Source: Salisapilia sapeloensis CBS 127946 (lineage: Eukaryota; Protista; Oomycota). From it: a DNA stretch of 64,000 bases. The translations under genes and the position numbers were made by a program. The notes below the pieces were generated by a model. It was not told the DNA's origin. It saw only the letters and a list, made by a program, of their open reading frames with translations, and did not search any database. The DNA is taken from the NCBI GenBank assembly GCA_023334545.1, contig JAADVB010000087.1, positions 1 to 64,000 of the forward strand, written 5' to 3'. Below are positions 1-11,073 of this stretch, one piece after another (position 1 is the stretch's first letter; each line of letters opens with the position of its first letter).

Positions 1-479
1 AGGTGTCTGATTGCCAAATAATTGCCGATAACTTCTAAAACAGTCGGAAGTTTTATTTCGAGCGCTCATGAATCAGTCAGGCTCCAAATAGGATAAACCA
101 CCTCCGGAGGTGGTTTGTTTTATTTTGGAAATAAGATCAGTAGAGCCGAAAGATAAGAATCTTATTTAAGAAAAATAAGGCACTTTTTGCCAGGTTTGAC
201 ACCCCCTAATATCTATGTTTTAAAGTCGATGATCAGGATGACCTTTTCCTCATCTTCGTCTCCAAAGACAACTCGATGTGTATCCTAAGGATGTGTCAAG
301 GCTAGGTCATATGCTGCTTGGGTTTAAAATTTATGCCATTGCCCCAACTCTTGCTAGCGACTTTTATCTTTGAACTTGAAACACGTCGAATATTAATTTA
401 TAATGAACAATGTATGATTTCATTCATTGTCGAATAGCTATTACATATTCTTACGTCGCCCAACCTCGCGCCGCATAGA

Positions 480-2219
480 CTAGCATCCGCGTCCACCGAC
501 AGCATTGTAGCATTCTGTACTCTGGTTGACGGAAAGGATGTGCATGGCAGTGGTGAGCACAAAGCACAACGCGAATGTAAGCATCATCAAAGTAGCTTTC
601 AATGGTGATTCCCCACCCTCCATCCGCCATTTCTTTGCCTCGACAGAGTCTTTCGGTAGTAAGAACAGAAAGCACATGGAGCCTAGCTGGAAGAGGTAGG
701 CAATAACGAAAACACCCGTCGCTTGAATCCGAACGGCAAAGGTGTCTGTCATGATATCCTGGTTGGAGACTTCAAAAGGCATGTCAATGTACTTAGAAAT
801 GGCCAATCCAGTGGAAGAAGCTAATACTGTCAGTGCAGTGACAACAGCTCCCACCAGACTCTCCATCCCAGGTTCTGCCATCTCTTTCAACACGACCGAG
901 AAGATGATATAGTCCAAGATGGACGGCAGAGCATCCATCACGGGTAGTCCGATCCAGAACCACATACTTCGAACGACATTCCAGATCGTAAAGAGCGTCG
1001 CACCACAGTCGAGGACGAGGATAATGACATTCGCGCCTAGGATCACAATTTTGTAGTTGACGCTCCATCCTTTCTTATTCGCATACCCAAAGGCCAAAAG
1101 CACAACACCAGTTGCTACGAAGCTCACCACGTTGTCATTCAGTGGTTGGACAGTGGCCCAATAGTACGCAATGGGGTTCACTGCGACGGCAGTGATGCCG
1201 CCAAGCACGCCACCAATGAATCGGATGAAGATGATGTACGTTACGGCAGTATTTTGGAGCAAATGCCAAAGTTTCGATACGTTCAGAGCAAAGTGAACAG
1301 TCTCCATGGACACTTCGAGACTGTACAAGACGATGAAAGGCATCAACGCGAGTAAGACGATACCGAGCAATAGCATATTGAAAGTGTACTCAAAGGTAAA
1401 GTCGAACTCGCCACCGTAGTTCCACCCGCTCATAGAGAAGCCCATATACAGGAATGAGAACAGCATAGCGCCGTACCTGTACTTGGTCATCACGGGCATA
1501 AATATTGTGTCTTCTTCTGTTGTCTGCACATGAAAGATGCTGCGACTAATGTCTAACATGACCATATCAGCTGCAACGTCGGCAAAGATGTAACCGATGG
1601 TCGAGATGGACATGAGCAGGACGTATAATGCACCAAAGGAAGGCGCATCCATATTAATGGTTGCCAGCTCCGTGGCATTCATGTCTTCCAGAGCCTTCGC
1701 AACTAGGTCCCTGTCTCTAAAGAAGGGATCTGGCTGTGCATATGAATGGATGCAAATGAGCGGAACGCCCGACATGACCCATCCTATGCCCATGATAGTA
1801 CGTCGCTTGAGTCTGCCCAACACATGCGGCATAGCATAAATGAGCATTTCGACCAAAGGCTTTAACATCCACGGTATAGCGAGCAGCATCCGTGCCGACA
1901 TCGACTGCGTGCCTTCCATATTCAGGTAGTTGTTCAAGAACGGAAAGATGGTAAGCGGCAGAATCGTTGACACGAGTCCCATGGCGACATTGTGAAGTGT
2001 TAAACCAAGCCAGCGCTTATCCCAAGCTTTAACACTGTGACTGGAAGGCGTCTCTTCAGTTAGCAGAGGGCCGCCACTAGGCCGCAGGATGGCTTTCGGA
2101 GTGTCCGTTTCCAGGTAGGTGTCACAGGCCTCCATACCGAGATGTTCATGATGACTTATGCTCGACCGAGAGACTCGATCCAGTATATCCTTGGTACTCG
2201 GGTTCACGAAGCGTAGCAT
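480..2219 (-). CDS. Multi-pass membrane protein, divergent folate-biopterin transporter (BT1/FBT, MFS-like) family
   Basis: Single-exon 579-aa ORF with about 12 hydrophobic segments. It has family-like segments (LPLTIFPFLNNYLNMEG, PWMLKP, ADVAAD, MGFSMSGWNYGGEFDF) and the typical oomycete C-terminus ending GGRGC. Confidence 0.7.
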   Translation of the reverse strand: MLRFVNPSTKDILDRVSRSSISHHEHLGMEACDTYLETDTPKAILRPSGGPLLTEETPSSHSVKAWDKRWLGLTLHNVAMGLVSTILPLTIFPFLNNYLNMEGTQSMSARMLLAIPWMLKPLVEMLIYAMPHVLGRLKRRTIMGIGWVMSGVPLICIHSYAQPDPFFRDRDLVAKALEDMNATELATINMDAPSFGALYVLLMSISTIGYIFADVAADMVMLDISRSIFHVQTTEEDTIFMPVMTKYRYGAMLFSFLYMGFSMSGWNYGGEFDFTFEYTFNMLLLGIVLLALMPFIVLYSLEVSMETVHFALNVSKLWHLLQNTAVTYIIFIRFIGGVLGGITAVAVNPIAYYWATVQPLNDNVVSFVATGVVLLAFGYANKKGWSVNYKIVILGANVIILVLDCGATLFTIWNVVRSMWFWIGLPVMDALPSILDYIIFSVVLKEMAEPGMESLVGAVVTALTVLASSTGLAISKYIDMPFEVSNQDIMTDTFAVRIQATGVFVIAYLFQLGSMCFLFLLPKDSVEAKKWRMEGGESPLKATLMMLTFALCFVLTTAMHILSVNQSTECYNAVGGRGC

Positions 2220-2233
2220 GGGTGCGAAACGTG

Positions 2234-2247
2234 AAAAAGGGAAGTGA
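2234..2247 (-). promoter_or_regulatory. Oomycete core promoter Inr+FPR element
   Basis: Minus strand reads TCACTTCCCTTTTT, matching TCAYTYBNNNWTTY, 15-28 nt upstream of the ATG at 2219. Confidence 0.5.
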
Positions 2248-2429
2248 ATAGAGTACTGATTATGAGGGATGCCAAATGCATGGCAGCTGAACCCATGAGA
2301 TGGGACCGACTTTGTCAGCAGCTACTCTAGTGACAACGCATACAATTTCCAAGTTTCTCTGAGTAGAACTTCGAGTATAGGATGTTCTATATTTCGTAAT
2401 GAACCCGGCAATCGACGACTTGGTACGTT

Positions 2430-4021
2430 TTACACGAGTGGTACTAATCGTGGCAACGGTTGTTTAGTCACAGGAGCATCATCCGAGCGTTCGAGTTTGG
2501 CGTAGTCTTGCATAAGCTGTTGGACGTTGGAATAAGCCTCGACAATGTCTTGTTCACCCATGAACTCGGTATAGTGGTGCAAATGAGCTCTTCGATCATA
2601 CAATCGTTTGAAACGAGCGCACAGGGTACGGAACGTCTCGCGGATACAACAGTTGTTAGACAAACTCAATACAGACGCTGGCTGGTTGATCGGCGGTACG
2701 GAGCACAAGCCGATTTTGAACCCATCTGGGTTCCAGCGTATCATCCGCACCTTGGACTGTAGTCGCTGGATGTTGCTGTTAATATCCGAGATTTCAACGT
2801 CGCCACGCACGAGCAGCCCGCACGCCAAGTACATGCTCGACTGCGGATCCGCCTTGATCAGCTGGTGGTCACTGCATAAACGTTTATTAGCGTGGCGTAT
2901 ACAATATACAACTTGAATCTACTTTTGCATGACGTTCGTGAACATTTGCTGCAGTCGCCGAGGCTGCTTTCGGTTGTCGCTATTGGACAGCAGCGGACTC
3001 ATGCTCGACAGCAAGAATTTAAGTCGTGGAAAAGGGACGAGGTTGGTGGAAATTTCGTTCAGATCGACGTTCAAGGACCCTTCGAAGCGCATGCTACTGG
3101 TGAGATTGGTCAATAGCTTCGCGACGATGGTGTTCATATCTTTGAAGGCAGTTGCATTGTCGTCTTTTCGAGCTGACTTAGCGCAAAGGTCGATGAGCGC
3201 TTCGTTTTCCACTGGGAGTACACAATCGGCATGCTCCGTGAGCTGGTGAAGAGCTAGCATGCTGTTATACGGAGAAGTAATCACGTCGTCGTTTGCGGAT
3301 GGAAAGATGGCAGTGGTGAATCGATATACGTCTGGATAGTGATCTTCCAACAAGCTGAGGATATATGTACCCAAACCTGATCCTGTGTAGAAAAGAAAGA
3401 TCAGACGCCGATACGTCAACAGTCAATAAGAAAAGATACCTGTCCCACCTCCCATGGAATGCAGGAGGAAGAAAGATTGAAGCGAGTCGCATAGCTCAGT
3501 GGCGTGCCGAATCTTATTTAGTAGCTGGTCTCTGTACTGCGGACCGTAGACGCAGTACCCATGTGCCCTTCGTAAAAGCACCGAGATTTTAGAACCCTAT
3601 TCTTATCAGAAATGTAGTAGACGTGTACCAATTGTTGCCTGCTCCAGATACATCCGTTAGGAATTGACGTTGCTCAAACAATTCACCTAATGGCCCGGCC
3701 ATCGTCTGTGCTACCGGACCCTCCTCCATGTCCACGAGGATGGCACGAGCTTTTAGGTTTGTGATCGGCGTCTTGCCATGATTGAAAGGCAGGTCCATCG
3801 GCTCGGTGAAACGAGCGTCAACGTTCCTGAAAAAGGTACTCATACTTTCATCAAAGAGTCCATTCGCGGCGTACTACGGCCACACATCGTTAGTGACGAA
3901 AGGTGAAGGGGAACGCATTCGATCTTACGCGAGCATGCTCTTCTAGTGCCGTTTCCCAAAACTGCCGTCCGATCTGGTTGCCGCATTGGCCAATTTGCAG
4001 CGTGATCAGCTCGCGTGGCAT
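2430..4021 (-). CDS. TUBE1: Epsilon-tubulin (multi-exon)
   Basis: ATG at 4021 gives [18 protein letters not shown]. Later exons give [48 protein letters not shown] and [26 protein letters not shown]. Four GT-AG introns join the ORF pieces (first donor at 3928); stop at 2430. Confidence 0.93.
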
Positions 4022-4426
4022 CGGCGTTGCATTCACGGGAAAGCGGTGTCGAAAGAAAGTGGTTTTTCTATGTCCTGTGGATACGAAGGGATGCAACCGG
4101 ACCTGCACCTGCTGGCTACAATCGGAAACGCGATTCGTTGATCACATGCCCGACTCGTCGCGAAGAGATACAGCATTTGGTACCCTCCGTACGATCTATC
4201 GCTCCCAGCCTCTGCGGCATACAAACACCAAGTACAGTTCCGTCATCGAGATATTACACTTCATGTCAAGCTGATCTGATAATGCAGCAGATGATCCGAC
4301 CGTGGGACGTTCAGGCGCCCACGTTTATCCTGCGTGGTTGCTCGTTCAAGAGAAGGACGTTGCTCTCTTCTCCCTCAACTACGCTCTTCATTTACGAATT
4401 TGACACTCGTCCCGAAACAAACGGCG

Positions 4427-5050
4427 ATGGGTTCGAGCAATGCGATGCGACGGCCTCTTCCGATTGAGCCGCTCGTCGAGCGCGAGCCCAAGATGCCACG
4501 CCTAGACCCACGCCATGTGAGCGCCCCTCTCACTCCTCGGCGTCGACCGAGCAAACCTCGTCCCACGACAAAAGCCCGAAGGTTTATCTGCACCGAGCCG
4601 GACTGCGGACGTGGGTTCACTCGCAAGTTTACACTCAGCGAGCACATGAAGACGCATACAGGTGAAAAACCGTACCAATGCCCGACGACAGGCTGTGGAA
4701 AGCGATTCAGCACTTCAGGCAACCTCGCTCGCCACAAAAAGTTACACAATGGCAGTAAAAAAGCCAAATCTGTCTCCTCGACGGAACCTCACAAGCCGGA
4801 AGGCAAGGAGCTAAACTTTAATTCCTTGCTGACTGCCCCGCTAGACAAAATCGACGAGTGCTTCTTCATGGAGGCCCACAGTCCTGATACACCGTATGAT
4901 GTCAGTGACATGTCTGGCGAATGGCTGTCGGACATTAACCTTCAGGAAGATTGGCTGAGTCTCCCAGAGATGCAGCATGTCGGAGAAGACGTCGCTGCTA
5001 GCCTCTTCGACGACATTGTGCAATTCCAACTCATGCAGTTACCTTGTTAG
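4427..5050 (+). CDS. C2H2 zinc-finger transcription factor (two fingers)
   Basis: CTEPDCGRGFTRKFTLSEHMKTH, the TGEKPY linker, then CPTTGCGKRFSTSGNLARHKKLH, followed by an acidic C-terminus. First in-frame ATG at 4427; divergent from TUBE1. Confidence 0.88.
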   Translation: MGSSNAMRRPLPIEPLVEREPKMPRLDPRHVSAPLTPRRRPSKPRPTTKARRFICTEPDCGRGFTRKFTLSEHMKTHTGEKPYQCPTTGCGKRFSTSGNLARHKKLHNGSKKAKSVSSTEPHKPEGKELNFNSLLTAPLDKIDECFFMEAHSPDTPYDVSDMSGEWLSDINLQEDWLSLPEMQHVGEDVAASLFDDIVQFQLMQLPC

Positions 5051-5132
5051 TACGAACGCAGCGTATGTGTAGTGCAGTTTCGTGTAAACAAACATGAAGT
5101 ATCGAGAAATCAAACGAGTTCCATTCTCCTTC

Positions 5133-7844
5133 CTACATGCTCAATTGGACAGTCGTACTGCATCCTCGCTTCAGTAGCTCACTCACCATGTCCTCCCTCT
5201 TCACGCTCACCTCTTCCTTGGCTTCCAACTCTCGCACCTTGACCTCTCCGCTCTTCACTTCGTCCTCTCCGACTGTCACCATGAACGGAATACCAGCGTC
5301 CAGAGCATACGTCCGCTGCTTTCCTAGCGACGGTTTCTCCTGCTGGACAATCTCCGCCGCAATGTTGTTGCTCCACAGTAGACGACAGAGCTCTAGTCGC
5401 GCTGTCATCAAGGATCCACCGGTGGATGCGACGAGCACCTGAGCAGGTGGAGCGCGCTTCTCCTTCTCTGCGTGGGACTGGAGGATACCAAAGATACGCT
5501 CGATGCCCATGCTAATACCGACGCACGGGATCTGCGCACCAGTGGCGGAGAACATGCCGACAAGGTTGTCGTAGCGACCACCGGCACCGATAGATCCTAG
5601 GTTGTGCTCTGGACTGAGAAGTACGAACTCGTAGATGAGACCAGTGTAGTAGTCTAGTCCTCTCGCCAAGCTCAAATCAAACGAAATGAACTCTAGTACA
5701 CCCATCGCCTCCAGGTAGTCGAACAGTCTTCCGAGTTGGTCCATGGCTTCCTTGGCGTCCTTGTTGTCGCCAAAGATGTTCTCCTTGAGCATCTGCGCAT
5801 GCAGCTCCTTCGGACTACCGACTTTGCAGACAAAGGGTTCAATCCGGTCGGCAACTTCCGGAGGGAGGTTCTTGTCCTCCACCATTTCCCGGCGGACTTC
5901 GCTCCAAGGCTCCTTGTCAAGCTTGTCGATGGCACTGCATGTCGTACGAAGCTTGTCTTGCGGAACTCCACAGATAGCCAAGATCGCATCCAACAAGAGA
6001 CGGTGGCTCAACTTGAGTTTAAAAGGTCCGACTTCCGGGAACTGCTGTAGGACTTCCACTCCAACGCTAATGGCCTCAGCGTCTGGAAGCATGCTGGCGT
6101 AGTTGCCGGCAATGTCAAAGTCGCACTGGTAGAACTCACGGAAACGACCTCGGGCCATCTGCGGATTGTCACGACGGTAGACGCGAGCCAAGTGGTAACG
6201 CTTGATGTTGCCTGGGTTGTGCATCGCCATGAATCGCGCGAACGGGACGGTCAGGTCATACCGGAGCGCCAGGAGTTCACCTCCTTGGTCCGCCAAGTCG
6301 TAGATGAGCTTACTGTCTTCGCCGTACTTGCCAGTGAGTGTCTCTTTGAGCTCAAACACAGGCGTTTCGATCTCGACACCTGCGTGACGCTTAAACACCG
6401 ACCGGATCTTGTTGAAGATCTTCTCTCGGAGCGCCATTTGATGCGGTAAAAAGTCCTGGGCGCCCTTGGCGATCTTGGGCTTGCGCCGCTGGCCACCGCT
6501 TCCGAGCTTGACGAACATGTCGTCGAGGAAGGCTGGGAGGCCATCACTGCGAAGGTCGAAGGCGTTCAAAGAAGACGACTGAGATTGCATGTGCGATCGG
6601 AAGGCGGTGGAGCCAGCGCCAAGACCGAGAGAAGCCTTGGAAGAAGGCTTGGCGTTCTGCTTCTCCATCTTCTTCCGTCGCTTTTCCATAACTTTCTCAC
6701 GCTGAGCTTCCGACATGGAAGCGAGCTTTTCGTCCTCTTTCTTGGCGGCAGCTGCAGCTTTCGCAGCTGCTTCCTCCGCACGCTTCTCCTTCTCAGCGAG
6801 CTTTGCTTTCATCGCGGCTTCCTCCTCTTGGAAAGAAGCATTGGCAGTAGCGATTTCTTTCTCGAAAGAAGAACAGACGATCGAGACAAGTTCATGGGCG
6901 CTAGTAGACTCGTTCGTGGCAACTCCTTCCGTGTTGAGAGCTTGAAGACGTTCGCTGCTGGCCTTGAAAAGGACCTGAAGCGCTTCCAACGTGGTTGATA
7001 AAGCCATGTCGATCGGTTGAGTGCTCATGCATGCAGCGTCCGGTCGAGAAAGCAGCGTTTTCATTGGAATACCAGAGTTCATCTCGGTCTCGACCATGGA
7101 AAAGGCCGTGATGATGGCTTCACGAGCAGGGCCGTGCAGCTGCGGCACTGTCGCAGTGATATCGAACGTGTCGGTGGTAGCTTGTGGCGTGCAGAACTTG
7201 GAGCTTTCGACCATGAGTCGCAGGTTGGCTGCTGACGCTTGGATGCCGCGGTGAGGACGGCTGGCGTCGATGAACTCGGCGTCAATGGCAGTCGAGTTGG
7301 CACGCAATGCTTCCAATGTCAAGCCAGAGACGGCGTCTGCAATGGGGAGGAGGCCCTTGGCACCTCCAACAGCGACAGAGGCAGCAGCGAGTCGTCCTAG
7401 AGCTACTTCATGGGTCAATGCGATCTGCTCGTTCTTCGACAGATGCGTCGATGGAAGTGTAACACTCGTCTTCTCATAGCTTCCAAAGGCGAGTGCTACG
7501 AGAGCTTTGCATTCGGCATAGGCGTCCTTCGAATCGGCAGATAAGGCAGGCACAGCGTCTTGGTTCAGAACGTCTGCTAAGAAATTGGCAAAAGCACTCG
7601 TCGATGCTGTAATGGGCAATCGAAGCGCCCGGTGCAATTGCAGGAGAACAATCGCTCGGGCAATGACTGTAGAGTGAGGCGTAGTCGCTATAGGAGCTTC
7701 CACCACGAGCTCAGCACTGTTGTCAGAAGCGGATGTCGCTTGGATCGAGCTGTCAATGACGACGTGGGCGTTGCTAGCAGCGACTGCAAGCAAGTCGCTG
7801 ATAGATAGCTTCCCCGTAGACACTGTAATACGTGCAGATGCCAT
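5133..7844 (-). CDS. HARS: Histidyl-tRNA synthetase with an N-terminal histidine ammonia-lyase-like domain
   Basis: Class II HisRS core (KGAQDF, GKYGEDSKLIY, LRYDLTVPFAR, GRFREFYQCDFD, SLARGLDYYTG, GAGGRYD) plus anticodon domain. The N-terminal ~340 aa resemble HAL/PAL (LTLEALRA...RPHRG...AANLR, PQLHGP). ATG at 7844. Confidence 0.93.
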   Translation of the reverse strand: MASARITVSTGKLSISDLLAVAASNAHVVIDSSIQATSASDNSAELVVEAPIATTPHSTVIARAIVLLQLHRALRLPITASTSAFANFLADVLNQDAVPALSADSKDAYAECKALVALAFGSYEKTSVTLPSTHLSKNEQIALTHEVALGRLAAASVAVGGAKGLLPIADAVSGLTLEALRANSTAIDAEFIDASRPHRGIQASAANLRLMVESSKFCTPQATTDTFDITATVPQLHGPAREAIITAFSMVETEMNSGIPMKTLLSRPDAACMSTQPIDMALSTTLEALQVLFKASSERLQALNTEGVATNESTSAHELVSIVCSSFEKEIATANASFQEEEAAMKAKLAEKEKRAEEAAAKAAAAAKKEDEKLASMSEAQREKVMEKRRKKMEKQNAKPSSKASLGLGAGSTAFRSHMQSQSSSLNAFDLRSDGLPAFLDDMFVKLGSGGQRRKPKIAKGAQDFLPHQMALREKIFNKIRSVFKRHAGVEIETPVFELKETLTGKYGEDSKLIYDLADQGGELLALRYDLTVPFARFMAMHNPGNIKRYHLARVYRRDNPQMARGRFREFYQCDFDIAGNYASMLPDAEAISVGVEVLQQFPEVGPFKLKLSHRLLLDAILAICGVPQDKLRTTCSAIDKLDKEPWSEVRREMVEDKNLPPEVADRIEPFVCKVGSPKELHAQMLKENIFGDNKDAKEAMDQLGRLFDYLEAMGVLEFISFDLSLARGLDYYTGLIYEFVLLSPEHNLGSIGAGGRYDNLVGMFSATGAQIPCVGISMGIERIFGILQSHAEKEKRAPPAQVLVASTGGSLMTARLELCRLLWSNNIAAEIVQQEKPSLGKQRTYALDAGIPFMVTVGEDEVKSGEVKVRELEAKEEVSVKREDMVSELLKRGCSTTVQLSM

Positions 7845-8095
7845 TGTTAAAGTAGGGAGAGATAACAAGTGAGTATGAACGGTGATCTAGGTTGATCAGC
7901 GAGAGAGAGATCTCCTGGTTCTGGAGCGACCGAGCTGTGAGTGGTGTTTTGATGGTACACAGTTTGAAAGTATAGTAAGCTCAAGGTTAATCTACGCTTA
8001 CTTTGTGGATAACGTCATGCCAAATAGAATAGTGTGCCTCTGATGTGCCCTACAACAAATGGTGACATGAAATCACAAAAGGAAAATCGAGGACG

Positions 8096-9708
8096 ATGGC
8101 GAAAGAATTTCAGCTAAAAGTGCTCTATGTGATCTCGTTCTTGGATCTCATGGGCGTGTCGATGATCGTACCATCTTTGGCAACGTATGTCAAATCTTTG
8201 GATGACGGTAGGAGATGCTCTTTTCGTTATATGTGAGCATCAGACCTTTTATATGATCTTTTATACGTTACAGATCCATTTATCTTCGGCGTTATCATGT
8301 CCATGTATGGGTTCATTCAGTTCTTTTCTGCTCCAATTGCAGGAGCCTTGAGCGATGCTTTTGGACGGTATGTGCTGCATTAAGGTGTGTCTCGAATGAT
8401 GCTCATGCATATCCTTGGATAGAAAACGAGTGCTCATCGGCTGTTTTTTGGGCGCATCCGTGGGATATGTGCTTTTAGCAGTGTCCTGGAATGTCTATAT
8501 CGTCGTTCTATCTCGAGTGCCGGCGGCATTATTTAAGCACACTTTAGACATAATTAAGGTCGCCATCACAGACGCAGAAGAACCGTCAAAACGGTTCGTG
8601 CTATACAGTTCTTCTTTTTTCAAGAAATAAATTTTAATGTTTTTCGCAGCTCTGGGGCAATTGGTCGGCTCAATGCTGCAGCCAATACAGGATTTATCAT
8701 CGGCCCAGTCATTGGTGGGTACATCAGTGCCTATCCGAATGGCTTCAACTACACTGCGCTCGTCACGACTGCAATCTTCTTGTTCAATTCGTTCGTTGTG
8801 TCTGTCTTTTATGAAGATATTCCGTCATCACTTTCCTCCGCGCAAAAGCAAGATAAAACCACTGACCTCGTTCATGCTGTCAACTGGGGTCGTGTCCGGC
8901 GTGAATCAATCGAACGAGTTCTGGCGCTAAGACATGTCTTCAAAGAGTCGAAAGCGACACAGACGTTGCTGTTGGCAAAGGTGTTGATGTCAATGGGAGC
9001 CATCTTGTACAGGACTCATTTTTCCGTTCTCTTGGAAGACAAATTTAAAGCAGACGCACAGATGAGAGGATGGGTATTAAGCTACATGGGTATGCTCGGC
9101 GCTATCGGCAGCTTTTCAGTCGGATTCGTTACAACGAATCCTAGAGCAGAATATAGAATGTTGCAGATAGGCAGTATTGTATATGTCGGTACCTTTATGG
9201 CGCTTTCCCACGCAACATCCCTATACGATATCTACGTGCTCCTCGTTCCACAAGTGCTTTCCATCAGGTCATCTATGGTTGTACCATTATAATGTACGGA
9301 TCTATACTAAATGTGCTCTTTGTATAGCTTGATTCGAGCCTGCTCGACGGCATTGCAATCCTCCTTTGTGTCACAAGACCGAATGGGTGCGTTCATGGGA
9401 CTCGCTTCTTCATTGACGGTAAAAAAATTTTTGAAAGTATTGAACTAAGCTCGTTAAACGCATATCGTGAATAGTCTGTTGCTAGAACCATATCTCCGAG
9501 TAAGTTTATTCATAGCACGTAGCTTTTGACTGAAATAGCTCATTACCATTCCTATGTAGTTATGTCTGGCTGGACGTATTTGCTATCAGTGGATGGACCT
9601 GCGTATGGGGCAGCGTTCTTGGCGAGCATTAGTGCATGCTTGTACATCTTTTCACCTCACTTTGCAAGTATCGGGCAAGCTCCGAAGCTGACAAAAGCGA
9701 TGAAGTGA
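8096..9708 (+). CDS. MFS transporter (MFSD9/tetracycline-efflux-like), multi-exon
   Basis: Spliced reading MAKEFQLKVLYVISFLDLMGVSMIVP...GALSDAFGRKRVL (motif A)...GFIIGPVIGG. Several short GT-AG introns and a 25-nt micro-exon at 9475-9499. Confidence 0.8.
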
Positions 9709-10189
9709 AGTCAAATACTAGACAAGTCATTAATTTGCAATCGACATGTTTGATAGAGCACTCTACAAAGCATTCTAAATTCTATTTTACTGGAAGCGCA
9801 TATATTATTAGAGATCAAAAGCAGGTTGCTTTCCGTCGTTAGATATGAAGGCAAAGTTGGTCGCTGTCGATCGTCCAGTTTAGATTTCGGTAGGCGATCG
9901 CTCTTTAGAATCTGAACCGTTCAATCAGACTTTCCTTTGCATGTAATGAAAGTCGGGTAGCGAAACTTCCGATGACTGCATCCACGACTTGAAGCACAGG
10001 AGTAGGCAAACGTCGCCTTATTTTACCCACGTTTATCTGATTAGCGATTGAATCCTTCCTTTGAAGACCCGTCTACACTCATCAGACTTTTCCAGCTCAT
10101 TCATACCACGTATTACGATGTGGCAGCAATGGATCATTTAAATAGTACTGTCTTCACGCACAAAACAAACGTTATGAAAGAAACCATCT

Positions 10190-10858
10190 CTATTCATCAC
10201 TGTCGCTATCCGTTTTGATATCTTTCAGGTTCTGATTCTTCCACTTGGTCTCTTCTCTGCCTTCTGACATCGCCGCGAATCGTGCTGCGACGAAAAGAAA
10301 GTCGCTCAGACGATTAACGTACCGCTGGACACTCTCATCTACGTGACCTTCGGACACGAGCGGTACAACTGATCGCTCAGCTCGTCGGCAAACAGCTCTC
10401 GCTACATGCAAATGCGTAGACGCTAATCCGCCTCCAGAAGGCAAAATGAAACTCGTGATAGGCTCTAATTTCTCGTCCATCTCATCAATCCAGGCTTCCA
10501 ACTGGTCTACATTGCGCCCATCGAACTGTCCAGAGCGCTTCTGTTTGCTTTTAGAAGCCGAAGATAGAGGAGTTGCGACGCATGCACCCAGGTCAAATAA
10601 TCGAGATTGGATGTTTTCTAGTTTATCCGGTAGGTAGGCATTATTGGCAATACGAGCTTGCTCGATCGCGACACCAATCTGAGCATTTAGTTCGTCTGTG
10701 TCGCCTAGTGCTTGAAACGTCTGATCATCCTTTGGACGGCGCTCTCCCGAGAACAATTGGGACGTCCCTTTGTCGCCAGTCTTGGTATAGACTTTCATCG
10801 TGGCGAACCCTTCGAAACGTACAAGCGGGCAGAGACTCACAGCGCGTCTGGCAAACAT
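10190..10858 (-). CDS. MMAB: ATP:cob(I)alamin adenosyltransferase (PduO/MMAB type), probably mitochondrial
   Basis: KVYTKTGDKGTS, GDTDELNAQIG, QSRLFDLGA, FILPSGG, ARAVCRRAER, YVNRLSDFLFVAAR. The Arg-rich N-terminus (MFARRAVSL) looks like a presequence. The start could instead be 10888. Confidence 0.92.
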   Translation of the reverse strand: MFARRAVSLCPLVRFEGFATMKVYTKTGDKGTSQLFSGERRPKDDQTFQALGDTDELNAQIGVAIEQARIANNAYLPDKLENIQSRLFDLGACVATPLSSASKSKQKRSGQFDGRNVDQLEAWIDEMDEKLEPITSFILPSGGGLASTHLHVARAVCRRAERSVVPLVSEGHVDESVQRYVNRLSDFLFVAARFAAMSEGREETKWKNQNLKDIKTDSDSDE

Positions 10859-10947
10859 GCACAAGCCTTTTGGTCCTATCGGGTACACATGCGGTGCAAC
10901 CGTTCGATTATATATTTATCCAATTAAGGATGCTTATCAGTTGAATC

Positions 10948-10990
10948 TAGCCAATAAAAAGATGAATTATCAATATTAATAGCCAATCAC
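10948..10990. promoter_or_regulatory. Tandem CCAAT boxes in a divergent promoter
   Basis: TAGCCAATAA at 10948 and TAGCCAATCA at 10980, in the ~200-bp gap between MMAB and the MFS gene at 11074. Confidence 0.4.
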
Positions 10991-11073
10991 AACCTGCATG
11001 CAAATAAAAATACAAAAACACGAAAAATCATAAGCGGCAGATTCATTCGGATATTTTAAGCGGTAGGTGGAAG

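Noticed and set aside
9920-10100. CTGATGAG on the minus strand with nearby repeats and hairpins, suggesting a hammerhead ribozyme or C/D snoRNA
   Set aside because: No GAAA after a stem II, no NUH cleavage triplet in register, and no terminal stem flanking the candidate C and D boxes.
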